DNA from: an uncultured Bacilli bacterium
GTDB lineage: Bacteria > Bacillota_I > Bacilli_A > RF39 > UBA660
Assembly: GCA_947586205.1 (NCBI GenBank)
Contig: CANPXO010000003.1
Span: 1 to 53,502 of the forward strand
Direction: 5' to 3'
DNA: 53,502 nt
The position numbers and the translations under genes were made by a program. This document shows positions 1 through 8,915 of this stretch, one piece after another. The notes beneath the pieces were generated by a model. That model made no database searches. It was not told the origin of the DNA and was given only the letters and a program-made list of their open reading frames with translations. How positions within the stretch are numbered: position 1 is the stretch's first letter; each line of letters begins with the position of its first letter.

Positions 1-204
1 CTTGAATCAGATAAAACCCTTACCAAAACAACAGAAGAAACTTGTTATATTATCGAATCATACCGTCATCTTTATGCCCTTTATTTAAAAGAGCAAAATG
101 AAGTTCAGGCAACTAAAATGTATCAAAAATTAAAATCTTATGCTTCATCTATGGAAATCTCTGATATGTCTTTATTAGAGTTAAATAAAAAGAAAATACT
201 TTAG
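1..204 (+). CDS. 3' end of an unidentified gene, truncated by the window edge (C-terminal 67 aa)
   Basis: Frame 1 is open from the window edge to TAG at 202-204. It is convergent with fmt and the stop codons overlap by 4 nt. No family is recognisable from the fragment. Confidence 0.3.
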   Translation, partial: LESDKTLTKTTEETCYIIESYRHLYALYLKEQNEVQATKMYQKLKSYASSMEISDMSLLELNKKKIL

Positions 205-1133
205 TTTATTTTCCATTCTAAGATATTTTCTTTTTTTATACCATTTAAATAATCTTTCGTCAAAAGTTCTTTTTTGCCAAATGGTTTTAATTTGGTGACA
301 AAGATGATTCCATCTACACAGCCAATGCCAATCGCATCTTTTGTGATTTCTACAACTTCGTTAATTCTTACCTTTTCTTTTGGAGTAAAGGTTGCTTCTA
401 ATACTTTATATTCTTCGCCGTTTACAAGCATATTTGCAGTAGGCCATGGATTTAAACCCCGAATTAAATTAATAATGTCTTTCCCATTTTTCGTAAAGTC
501 AATTCGTTCTTCCTCTCTTTTGATGTTATAAGCATAAGTAGCTTCTTCTTCTTTTTGTTTTTCACGATGATTTGTTCTTGCAATAATACTTGGTAAGACT
601 TTTAATAAAAGACGACTACCTATTTTAGATAGCTCTTCATGTAAAGTGCCAACGTTATCAGTCTCTTTAATGCGATACTCTTCTTTTTCAATAATGTCTC
701 CCGTATCCATTCCCTTATCCATATACATAATGGTAACACCTGTTTTTTCTTCCCCATTGATTAATGCATGATGAATGGGAGCCCCTCCTCGGTATTTGGG
801 AAGTAGAGATGCATGCACGTTAAAAGAGCCAATGGTTGGAATATTTAAAATACTTTCAGGAATAATTTGCCCATATGCGCATGTAATGATAAGGTCAGGA
901 CTCACTTCTTCAATCGGAGCATAGTCCAGTTTAATTTTCTCTGGTTGATGGACTGGAATATGATGTTTTAAAGCGACTTCTTTGATTGGCGTTGGAGTAA
1001 GAATTTGCTTTCTTCCCACCGGTTTATCTGGTTGAGATACCACTAAAACAACATGATAGTTTTGAATTAATGCTTCTAATACAGGAACTGCAAAATCTGG
1101 AGTTCCCATAAAGACAATTCTTGGTTTCATCAT
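201..1133 (-). CDS. fmt: methionyl-tRNA formyltransferase
   Basis: 310 aa. N-terminus is RIVFMGTPDFAVPVLEAL, followed by the SLLPKYRGGAPIH formyltransferase core and a C-terminal Fmt domain. Confidence 0.95.
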   Translation of the reverse strand: MMKPRIVFMGTPDFAVPVLEALIQNYHVVLVVSQPDKPVGRKQILTPTPIKEVALKHHIPVHQPEKIKLDYAPIEEVSPDLIITCAYGQIIPESILNIPTIGSFNVHASLLPKYRGGAPIHHALINGEEKTGVTIMYMDKGMDTGDIIEKEEYRIKETDNVGTLHEELSKIGSRLLLKVLPSIIARTNHREKQKEEEATYAYNIKREEERIDFTKNGKDIINLIRGLNPWPTANMLVNGEEYKVLEATFTPKEKVRINEVVEITKDAIGIGCVDGIIFVTKLKPFGKKELLTKDYLNGIKKENILEWKIN

Positions 1134-1145
1134 TTTTTCCTCTTT

Positions 1146-2024
1146 CTATTTCTTTTTACATAAAAGATATTCATCAATATTTTGTAAAGCTTGCATTTTT
1201 TCATCATGTTGAGATTTGTTTTCTCGATTCCAAACAGAAAGATCTTTTAATTCTTTTATTAAATCAGCTCTTACTTGTTCTAAAGTTTCACGATCAAAAT
1301 ATAAGGCATTGATAATATCTCTTCCCACTAAATATTCAGGATTTTTTTCTAACTCTTTATCTTCCTCATTCTCTTGACTGCTATGTATATTCTTAAATGT
1401 ATACAGAATTGTTGCTAAGAATTCATAAGTACTATAAGTTTGTCTTTTATTTGCACATTCCAAAAAAATATCTTCTAAATTATGATAGTTTTCAATGAGA
1501 GCCATATGCTCACTTGTTAAAAACTCTTCTTGCATTTTTATTTTTGGTCGATTTGGAAAAATCCAACTAAACATAGATACTTCATAATCAAACTTACGAA
1601 ATGCTGTGATGATAAGAGCAAATTCTTTTTCCGTTAATTCTTCCATCTCTTTTTGATATAAAATTTCGACACTTTGATCTACCATATTTTTTAATTCATA
1701 AATATGTAATAATCGATAGTATTCTTTTTGAGATAAAAAAATATCTTTTAAATTTTGAAACGTATCCATAGCTCTTTGATATTTAGGAAAACCTGAAATT
1801 TTTCTCGCATTTAACTCTCCTATTTTAGCAGTATAATCAATTTCTTTGGATTGTTCTGTTTTTCGCTTGAAATCAAAAAGTTTGGGATAATTATTCTCTT
1901 TGTCTCTTTTTATTCTTATATTTTTATATTTTTCATCAATGGCAACTTGTAATTCATCTTCAATTTTTTTATTCCATTCTTGTATTTTCATACATGGGCT
2001 CATATAATCACTTCCGTTCTTCAT
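1146..2024 (-). CDS. hypothetical protein with an internal duplication
   Basis: 292-aa ORF packed tightly between priA and fmt. It has a repeated NL(K/E)DIFL...Y block and no recognisable catalytic motif. Confidence 0.6.
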   Translation of the reverse strand: MKNGSDYMSPCMKIQEWNKKIEDELQVAIDEKYKNIRIKRDKENNYPKLFDFKRKTEQSKEIDYTAKIGELNARKISGFPKYQRAMDTFQNLKDIFLSQKEYYRLLHIYELKNMVDQSVEILYQKEMEELTEKEFALIITAFRKFDYEVSMFSWIFPNRPKIKMQEEFLTSEHMALIENYHNLEDIFLECANKRQTYSTYEFLATILYTFKNIHSSQENEEDKELEKNPEYLVGRDIINALYFDRETLEQVRADLIKELKDLSVWNRENKSQHDEKMQALQNIDEYLLCKKK

Positions 2025-2041
2025 TTATTCTAATTCTTTTT

Positions 2042-4213
2042 CTAGTGAAAATCAATATCCAAAGAAACTTCTTTATTTGTTAAATAAAGTTCATCTAGTT
2101 CTTTTAAAGTTTCTTTTAAATGTTTATCATACTTATATTTAATCGTAATCTCAAAATGATAAATCTTATTGAGTAAAAACTGAGATGCTGTTGCTGGTCC
2201 TAGAATAATACTCGTTTCCTCTAAGTGTTTCGTTAAATAATCTTTTACTTTACGAGATTCACGACTTGCACTTTCATAGTTTTTACTTTTCACAAGAATC
2301 GTGACTAAATAGTAAAAGGGTGGATACTTCAAAGCTTTTCGAATATTCATTTCATATTTATAAAAATCTAAATAATTATGATTCTGTACACATTTTAAAA
2401 TGTAATGTTCAGGATAAAAGGTTTGAATAATGACTTCACCTGAAGTTTCACTTCTTCCCGAACGACCACTTGCTTGACACAGTAAATCAAATGTTTTTTC
2501 ATTGCTTCGATAGTCAGGAATATTAAGGGATTGATCCGCATTTAAAATTCCTACTAAGGTCACATGTTCAAAGTCAAGTCCTTTGCTAATCATTTGAGTT
2601 CCTAATAAAATATCATATTTATGGGATCCAAAGTCTTCAATAATTTGCTCATAAGCACCCTTTTTGGTGGTACTATCCCGATCCATTCGAATGACTCTTG
2701 CTCTTGGAAACACTTCTTCTAAATAATCTTCTAGTTTTTCCGTTCCAAGGCCATAGTAACTCAAACCTTCTTCATGGCATTCGGGACAAACATCACTTTT
2801 AAATTTGGTATATCCACAGTAATGACAACGAAGTTGGTTGGAACTTTTATGATAAGTAAGAGCGATATCACAGTTTGGACAACGATAAGTAAATCCACAG
2901 TTCGAACAGGTAATGGTGGTCGAGTGTCCTCTTCGATTGAGTAAAAGTAAAACTTGTTCATTTTTATTTAATTTTTCAATCATCTTACATTCTAATTCAC
3001 GGCTTAGAATCGGATGACGAGCTTTCGTTTCTTCTTCCATGTCCACGATAGTCACAGTAGGCATAAGTTTCCCATTCGCTCTCTGAAGTAATGGGACATA
3101 CTCATAAACATGTTTCATTGCTCGTGCCATCGTATCTAATGTTGGGGTAGCACTTCCAAGAACGATCGGGCAAGTGTGTGTTTCACTTCTTATTTTAGCA
3201 ATATCAAGAGCATGATACTTCGGATTGTTTTCTTGTTTATAGGAATCGGAATGTTCTTCATCAAAAATAATAATTCCGATATTGGTTAAGGGGGCAAAGA
3301 TCGCACTTCTAGCCCCAATTACAATATCCGCTTCTCCCTTTAGGATCTTACGCCATTCATCATAACGTTCCCCGTCACTAAGACCAGAATGTAACACTGC
3401 AATTCTTGTAAATCTTTCACTAAAACGATGAACAAGCTGTGGTGTTAAACTAATTTCAGGTACTAAAACAAGAGCTTGCTTTCCAGATCTTATCACGTCT
3501 TCAATAAGTTCTAAATAAATTTCAGTTTTTCCAGAACCCGTCACCCCATGTAAAAGATAAACTTTCGAAGTCCCAAGGCCTTCTTTCATTTTCCCGTAGG
3601 CACTTTCTTGCTCTCTCGTAAACACTTTTTTCGCTTTTCTCTCAACCTCTTTCATCGTGTACCGATAGACCTCTTCTTCGATTTCTTCTATCACATGATT
3701 CTTGAGTAACGTTTTCACAGCAGAGGCACTCACTTGATTTGCTTTCTTCTTAAAAATTAAATGTTCTTCTTGAAACAAGTCAATCACTTTTTTTTGAGAG
3801 TCATTTATCGCTTCTTCTCTTGCACTTTCAAAACTCATACAAAGTTTTAAATAACTTTCCATTTTCTTTTTGATTTGAACTTTTTTCTTTGCTTTCAAGG
3901 CTTTTGGTAACATAGCTCCATAACACGAACTTAAGGAGCTTAAGGTGAGCTCTTTTAAACTTTTCCCTAACTCCAACATTTCCTCATTTAAAACAGGTTC
4001 TTCATCTAATACTTCAAAAATATCTTTGGCATCAACTTCTGTACTTTCTAAAACATTTAAAATATAACCTTCTAACATTTGTTTTCCAAAAGGCACTAGA
4101 ACACGTTTGCCAATTTGGATTTCTTCTTGAAGACTCTCTGGAACTTGATATGTAAAAGTTCGATCTACATGTTTATTTTGAATTTCTACTAATACTTCTA
4201 CATACATAAGCAC
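2042..4213 (-). CDS. priA: primosomal protein N' (replication restart helicase PriA)
   Basis: 723 aa. Walker A GVTGSGKTE, DEEH box, a Cys-rich zinc-binding insert (CSNCG..CPNC..CHYCG..CPEC), and a C-terminal helicase lobe. Confidence 0.95.
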   Translation of the reverse strand: MLMYVEVLVEIQNKHVDRTFTYQVPESLQEEIQIGKRVLVPFGKQMLEGYILNVLESTEVDAKDIFEVLDEEPVLNEEMLELGKSLKELTLSSLSSCYGAMLPKALKAKKKVQIKKKMESYLKLCMSFESAREEAINDSQKKVIDLFQEEHLIFKKKANQVSASAVKTLLKNHVIEEIEEEVYRYTMKEVERKAKKVFTREQESAYGKMKEGLGTSKVYLLHGVTGSGKTEIYLELIEDVIRSGKQALVLVPEISLTPQLVHRFSERFTRIAVLHSGLSDGERYDEWRKILKGEADIVIGARSAIFAPLTNIGIIIFDEEHSDSYKQENNPKYHALDIAKIRSETHTCPIVLGSATPTLDTMARAMKHVYEYVPLLQRANGKLMPTVTIVDMEEETKARHPILSRELECKMIEKLNKNEQVLLLLNRRGHSTTITCSNCGFTYRCPNCDIALTYHKSSNQLRCHYCGYTKFKSDVCPECHEEGLSYYGLGTEKLEDYLEEVFPRARVIRMDRDSTTKKGAYEQIIEDFGSHKYDILLGTQMISKGLDFEHVTLVGILNADQSLNIPDYRSNEKTFDLLCQASGRSGRSETSGEVIIQTFYPEHYILKCVQNHNYLDFYKYEMNIRKALKYPPFYYLVTILVKSKNYESASRESRKVKDYLTKHLEETSIILGPATASQFLLNKIYHFEITIKYKYDKHLKETLKELDELYLTNKEVSLDIDFH

Positions 4214-4222
4214 TCCTCATTT

Positions 4223-4789
4223 CTATTTTATTTTTTTAGGGATTCCATGATTCACAATATAAACAGATTTTGCAAGTTCCATCAAAGGTTGATCGTTATA
4301 GGAATCGGTATATAAAGCTTCCACTTTTTCATTGGGATACATTTCTTTCCATTTTTTCACTTTATTTTCTCTAAAGTTTAAATATTTGATACGTCCTGAT
4401 TTTAAATCTAATTCCGTTGATAAAATATGGTCTGTATGTAAAACATCACGGATACCATCAATTAAAAACTTAGGACATGTTGTAATAATCACATCTTCTT
4501 CTTTTATTTTTTTTAACATATTGGGATAAAGTTTTTCAATACGACTATTCCAAAATTCTTCCACTGATTCTTCAATCAGTTCTTGATTTTCTAAAAAAAT
4601 AGAAGCATATTTTTCTAATCTTTTTGTAAATTCATCAATATCCATTTTACATATTTTATACAAAAACAAAATCCTTAAAATAGCTGGTAAATGTACAATT
4701 AAGGATTTTTTCTTTTTCATTATATAGAGAGCAAAGTCAAAGCTACTCTCTCCATCATAGATCGTGTTATCAAAGTCAAACACTTTCAC
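4223..4789 (-). CDS. HAD-superfamily (HAD-IB-like) hydrolase
   Basis: 188 aa. The N-terminal FDFDNTIY motif is the DxDxT nucleophile motif. A C-terminal YTDSYNDxPL acidic motif is also present. Confidence 0.8.
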   Translation of the reverse strand: MKVFDFDNTIYDGESSFDFALYIMKKKKSLIVHLPAILRILFLYKICKMDIDEFTKRLEKYASIFLENQELIEESVEEFWNSRIEKLYPNMLKKIKEEDVIITTCPKFLIDGIRDVLHTDHILSTELDLKSGRIKYLNFRENKVKKWKEMYPNEKVEALYTDSYNDQPLMELAKSVYIVNHGIPKKIK

Positions 4790-5253
4790 CTTCCTCTTCC
4801 CCTTTCTTCTTCTAATTCTTGTTCTTCCATCATGCGTTTAAAATAAAGTTCTTCCATTCTCCTTCTTTCCACAAGTGTTCTTTTTAAATCACTTTCTAGA
4901 AGCTCTACTTTTTGCCACATCATATGAAACTCAGATGTACTAACCTCTTGTTCATATTTCTCTTTCAATATTTTTTTCATCCGATCCAGTTCATTTAAAG
5001 CAATCCCGATGTCAGAGTCTCCCCCATCTTCGACGGTATCCATCACCATACGAAGAGCTTTTCGAAAAGCTATATTAAACTGCATTGTTAAAACTTTATC
5101 TTTTAAATTAGGACTTGCAATGATAATTTCTTCGACATTCACTAAAGACTGATGATTTTTAAATTTTGGATTCATTTGTAAGCCTTCGACAACAATTTTT
5201 TTCTTTCCTAGTTTTCTTTCTTTGGTATTTTTATCTAGTTTATACTCCGTCAT
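4786..5253 (-). CDS. hypothetical coiled-coil protein
   Basis: The ORF track begins at a GTG (5262). The ATG at 5253 is preceded by AGGTGAG and is the likelier start. The protein has a charged, helical C-terminus and shows translational-coupling overlaps with trmD and the HAD gene. Confidence 0.55.
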   Translation of the reverse strand: MTEYKLDKNTKERKLGKKKIVVEGLQMNPKFKNHQSLVNVEEIIIASPNLKDKVLTMQFNIAFRKALRMVMDTVEDGGDSDIGIALNELDRMKKILKEKYEQEVSTSEFHMMWQKVELLESDLKRTLVERRRMEELYFKRMMEEQELEEERGRGR

Positions 5254-5920
5254 GTTTCTCACCTAATAAGTCCTTTCTTCTTTTTTCAGTATTTAAAAGA
5301 CGTTCTTGTTCCCTCCATGCATCAATTTTGACATGGTCTCCAGAAATTAAGACATCAGGAACTTTTAAACCTCGAAACTCTTGAGGTTTTGTATAAGTTG
5401 GATAATCAAGTAAGTTATTCATGAAAGAATCATTTTCATAAGAGTTTTCTTTAATGACACCTGGAAGTAAACGAATCACGGAGTCACAGACAGCCATAGC
5501 TGGAATTTCTCCACCTGTTAAAACATAGTCACCAATCGAGATTTCTCCATCAACAAATTCCCGTATCCGTTCATCAAAACCTTCATAATGGCCACAAACT
5601 AAGATTATGTGTTTTAATTTGGAAAGTTCCATCGCATGCGATTCTTTATAAGGCACTCCTTGAGGACACATGAGAAAAACTTTTGCATCTTCATCTCTTA
5701 AATCCTCAATCGCCGTGACAAGAGGTTCACATCTTAAAACCATGCCTCCTCCTCCACCATAAGGAGTGTCATCGACTTGATGATTATTTAAGGTGGAATA
5801 CTTACGAAAATCGACAATGTTTACTTCTACAAGTCCTTTTTCTATGGCTCTTTTAATAATGGATTCATGTAAAAAACCTTCTACTATATTTGGAAACAAT
5901 GTTAAAATATCTATTCTCAT
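5240..5920 (-). CDS. trmD: tRNA (guanine37-N1)-methyltransferase
   Basis: 226 aa. MRIDILTLFP start, DDTPYGGGGGMV, and GHYEGFDERI motifs typical of TrmD. Confidence 0.95.
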   Translation of the reverse strand: MRIDILTLFPNIVEGFLHESIIKRAIEKGLVEVNIVDFRKYSTLNNHQVDDTPYGGGGGMVLRCEPLVTAIEDLRDEDAKVFLMCPQGVPYKESHAMELSKLKHIILVCGHYEGFDERIREFVDGEISIGDYVLTGGEIPAMAVCDSVIRLLPGVIKENSYENDSFMNNLLDYPTYTKPQEFRGLKVPDVLISGDHVKIDAWREQERLLNTEKRRKDLLGEKHDGV

Positions 5921-5935
5921 GGCCTCACCCCCACC

Positions 5936-6430
5936 TTATAATGTATTTAGTACTCCATTTACATTCTTGACATAAACTTCTTTTAATTCATCTGAAGAAC
6001 TCTCTATAAATTCTTTTTGATATGGGATATAAAACTTTGAAGCATTCTGAACCTCTAGTAATATACCACCTTTATTATATCGAATATTTCTAATTTTTCC
6101 AAGTACTTCTTCATTTTCTTTGACAAGATAGCCAACCCATTTTTCGAGTAGTACTTCATCACTTGTTAAATGTAAGTCACTTTCTTTGATATAAACTTCG
6201 GAATGTCTAAAATTTTCTACTAAATTGATGTCTTGTAAATCATCAATGGTCACCAAATAGTATTCTTTATGAGGACGAACACTAGTAATCACATGTTTTT
6301 CACCACGTATGTAAATTGGTAGTCCAACTTTTAAAACTTTTTCTTTTAAAGAAAAGTCTGTATATAATTTTAATTCTCCCTTTATACCATGAGTCATGGT
6401 GATATTTCCAAAATAAAATTCATTCATCAT
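5936..6430 (-). CDS. rimM: 16S rRNA processing protein RimM
   Basis: 164 aa. G(x)ITxTHGIKGELK N-terminus. The conserved rimM-trmD gene order is present. Confidence 0.9.
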   Translation of the reverse strand: MMNEFYFGNITMTHGIKGELKLYTDFSLKEKVLKVGLPIYIRGEKHVITSVRPHKEYYLVTIDDLQDINLVENFRHSEVYIKESDLHLTSDEVLLEKWVGYLVKENEEVLGKIRNIRYNKGGILLEVQNASKFYIPYQKEFIESSSDELKEVYVKNVNGVLNTL

Positions 6431-7155
6431 CTTTTACTTCTTTCATACAGCAAAATGGAAGCACTCACCGCAGCATTTAAAGATTCACAAGCATTAGTCA
6501 TAGGAATTCTTACAAATGTATCAATACACTCACGTACCTCGGTGCTTATTCCTTGTCCTTCACTTCCAATCACCAAAATCACTGGTTCTGGGAAATCTAT
6601 TTTTTCAACATCCTCCCCATTCATATCAGCTCCCATGACAACATATTTTGCATTACTCATTTTTTGCTTTTTAATAAAAGATACTAAATCGGTACGAATA
6701 ATATTTAAAGAAAAGAAAATTCCTTCCGTACTTCGAATGACTTTCGGATTATACAGGTCGACACAAGTGGGACTTAACACAATATTTTTCATGTCAAAGG
6801 CAACGGCACTTCTTAAAATAGTTCCAAGATTTCCTGGGTCTTGAATTCCATCTAAAATTAAAATACTACCTGAAACTTCATGTTCCTCTAATTTTTGACA
6901 AACACCTATCACACGAGGTGGAGTTTGTTGTTCGGTTAATTTCTTCATAATTTCATTTGTAACTTGATAGGTTGGAACATCATAAGGTTCATCATCTAAC
7001 GTAAGAATTTCTTTTACTAAATGGTACTTTAATGCTTCTTCAACCAAATGGTCTCCTTCTACTAAAAAGAGTCCTTCTTCATCGCGAGTCTTCTTTTCTT
7101 TAAGTTTCGACCAAGCTTTTACTTTTTCGTTTTGGATTGATTCTATTTTATACAT
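6427..7155 (-). CDS. TrmH/SpoU-family RNA 2'-O-methyltransferase
   Basis: 242 aa. Contains DGIQDPGNLGTILRSA and IPMxxxxESLNAAVSASI SPOUT knot motifs. Confidence 0.85.
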   Translation of the reverse strand: MYKIESIQNEKVKAWSKLKEKKTRDEEGLFLVEGDHLVEEALKYHLVKEILTLDDEPYDVPTYQVTNEIMKKLTEQQTPPRVIGVCQKLEEHEVSGSILILDGIQDPGNLGTILRSAVAFDMKNIVLSPTCVDLYNPKVIRSTEGIFFSLNIIRTDLVSFIKKQKMSNAKYVVMGADMNGEDVEKIDFPEPVILVIGSEGQGISTEVRECIDTFVRIPMTNACESLNAAVSASILLYERSKR

Positions 7156-7783
7156 CTCTTAACCTCTTTCTTGCTTCTTTATATTTTGGATAATATTCTT
7201 CTACATGTCTCCAAAATCTACTACTGTGATTGGCTTCATAAAAATGACACAGTTCATGAATAATTACATAATCAATTAAATCATATTCTTTTTTTAAAAG
7301 TTCACTGTTTAAAGTAATTGTTTTATTGGTAATGTTATTCACTCCCCATCTTGTTTTCATATTTCTTATTTTTAAAGAGAATTTTGGAATATTCTCAAAA
7401 TAGGGAACAATTCGATTCATCTCATCCGTGAATACTCGAACACATTCTCTTTTGTAAAATTTTTCTAAGGTATTCTCATCTTTCGCAATCACGTTATCTT
7501 GCAAAAAAGTCACTTCTTTTGTCATCCCATCAAACACTTTGGTATAACATTTCCCTAAGTACCAAAAGAAAGAATCTTTTGTTTCTTCTTTTTCTTTTTT
7601 GGCTTGCATTTTTTCTAAAGCCTCTTTATTCTTTTCTAATAATCTTGCTATTTCTTTTTCACTTACCAATCGATTACAACTGACAGTAAGTACATTAGCA
7701 GAAGCCATTCTCATATAGATATTTTTGTTTGGCTTTCGAATAATTTCTACTTGAATTGTTTTTTGATTTAATTCTATTGTCAT
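7148..7783 (-). CDS. YgjP-like (DUF45) zinc metallohydrolase
   Basis: 211 aa. C-terminal HELCHFYEANHSSRFW contains an HExxH motif in the typical DUF45/M48-like context. Confidence 0.8.
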   Translation of the reverse strand: MTIELNQKTIQVEIIRKPNKNIYMRMASANVLTVSCNRLVSEKEIARLLEKNKEALEKMQAKKEKEETKDSFFWYLGKCYTKVFDGMTKEVTFLQDNVIAKDENTLEKFYKRECVRVFTDEMNRIVPYFENIPKFSLKIRNMKTRWGVNNITNKTITLNSELLKKEYDLIDYVIIHELCHFYEANHSSRFWRHVEEYYPKYKEARKRLRDV

Positions 7784-7869
7784 AGTTACGACCTCTTGCT
7801 CTTATTTTATCAAATTCTATAAACCTTGTCTATGAGGCTACTTTACAGCAAAGTGAATTTAATCATGTA

Positions 7870-8699
7870 TTATTTTTTCATTTCTTTTTGAATTTTCTTA
7901 AGTTCCTTTTTTGATAAACCTGTAAGTCCTATAATTTCTTGGATACCATAATTTTTATCTAGCATTGATTTGGCTATTTCTACATTTCTTTCTTCTTTTC
8001 CTTCTGCAATTCCAGTTTCTTTAATTTTGTTTTCCATTGTAAACATAGTATTACTAAATTCATCATCCATGAATCCATTTAAAAAATAATTTACACTCAT
8101 AAGATATTCTCCTCCCTTTTCTGCATAATCATCTCTTTTTTCTTTCGTTTCTGCTCCTATGAATCTTAATAATATGATTAATTCACTTTCACCTTCATCA
8201 TAATCATTCTTTCTCACTTTGTCAAGTCTTAAAAATTGAATTTCCATTTTATCAGTCAGCTCATGTTCTAAATATCGAAAGCGATACTTACTTTGCCATT
8301 CTTTATGAACCTTTACTTTCACATTATCAATGATATTAATACTAACAAATTTCTTGGCTTTCTTATATTTCTCCCCAACATCAAGTAAACTTCCACTGAT
8401 TCTTTCTCCATAAAATATGACTTTACTTAAAGCTTCATCATCAAAAGTGGAATAGAGCTCTAGATTGATAATACAATCATCCATATAAATCAAAATATCT
8501 CCCCTGCAATTCTTATCTCCATCTTTCGTTTTTTCTAAAGTCGTTTCCATCTTCACAGTTATTTTTCCATGTAAAGAATCTTTTGGAAGTCCAAAAAAGA
8601 TTTCTAAGAATCTTTCTAAAAAGAGAATATACTCTCTCTTCCGAATGTTTCTTTAAATAAAGAATCATCTGTTAAAGGTTTAAATTCAATTTTTGACAT
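7870..8699 (-). pseudogene. Rpn-family (YhgA-like PD-(D/E)XK) recombination-promoting nuclease/putative transposase, frameshifted
   Basis: ATG at 8699 opens MSKIEFKPLTDDSLFKETFGRE and hits TAG at 8618-8616. Another frame continues as YILFLERFLEIFFGLPKDSL... into the 228-aa ORF 7870..8556. That ORF has the family-typical C-terminus (EGKEERNVEIAKSML...GLSKKEL). Confidence 0.65.
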
Positions 8700-8871
8700 T
8701 TACATCAACACTCACTTCTAAGGCTGTACTTAAAATACCTCCTATATATATATTCTGGGTATGTGCCGATTTCTTTTTTTTCATGCAAATTTCTTTAAAA
8801 AAATTAAAAATTATACATTTTGTTTACATTTTTAACTATTTTTCTGATTTATTTTACATTCTGTTGACATA

Positions 8872-8898
8872 TAAAAATAACTACTTTTTTGGTAGTTA
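8872..8898 (-). terminator. putative Rho-independent terminator downstream of the DUF2207 gene
   Basis: The minus strand reads TAACTAC-CAAAAAA-GTAGTTA followed by TTTTTAT. It begins 18 nt after the stop at 8916. Confidence 0.45.
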
Positions 8899-8915
8899 CG
8901 TTTTATTTTTTTGAT

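Noticed and set aside
1146-2024. Peptide deformylase (def), expected between priA and fmt
   Set aside because: The ORF lacks all three deformylase motifs (GxGxAAxQ, EGCLS, HExxH).
2761-2961. Same-strand out-of-frame ORFs nested in priA (2761..2961), the PBP gene (13383..13574), mraY (23425..23610) and the 257-aa gene (53035..53220)
   Set aside because: They are fully contained in longer, motif-supported ORFs and have no independent signals.
8693-8914. 73-aa plus-strand ORF in the DUF2207/Rpn intergenic region, and the 62-aa ORF 21577..21765
   Set aside because: Both are low-complexity F/I/L-rich translations of AT-rich spacers that overlap terminator or promoter sequence. Neither has an RBS or a recognisable motif.
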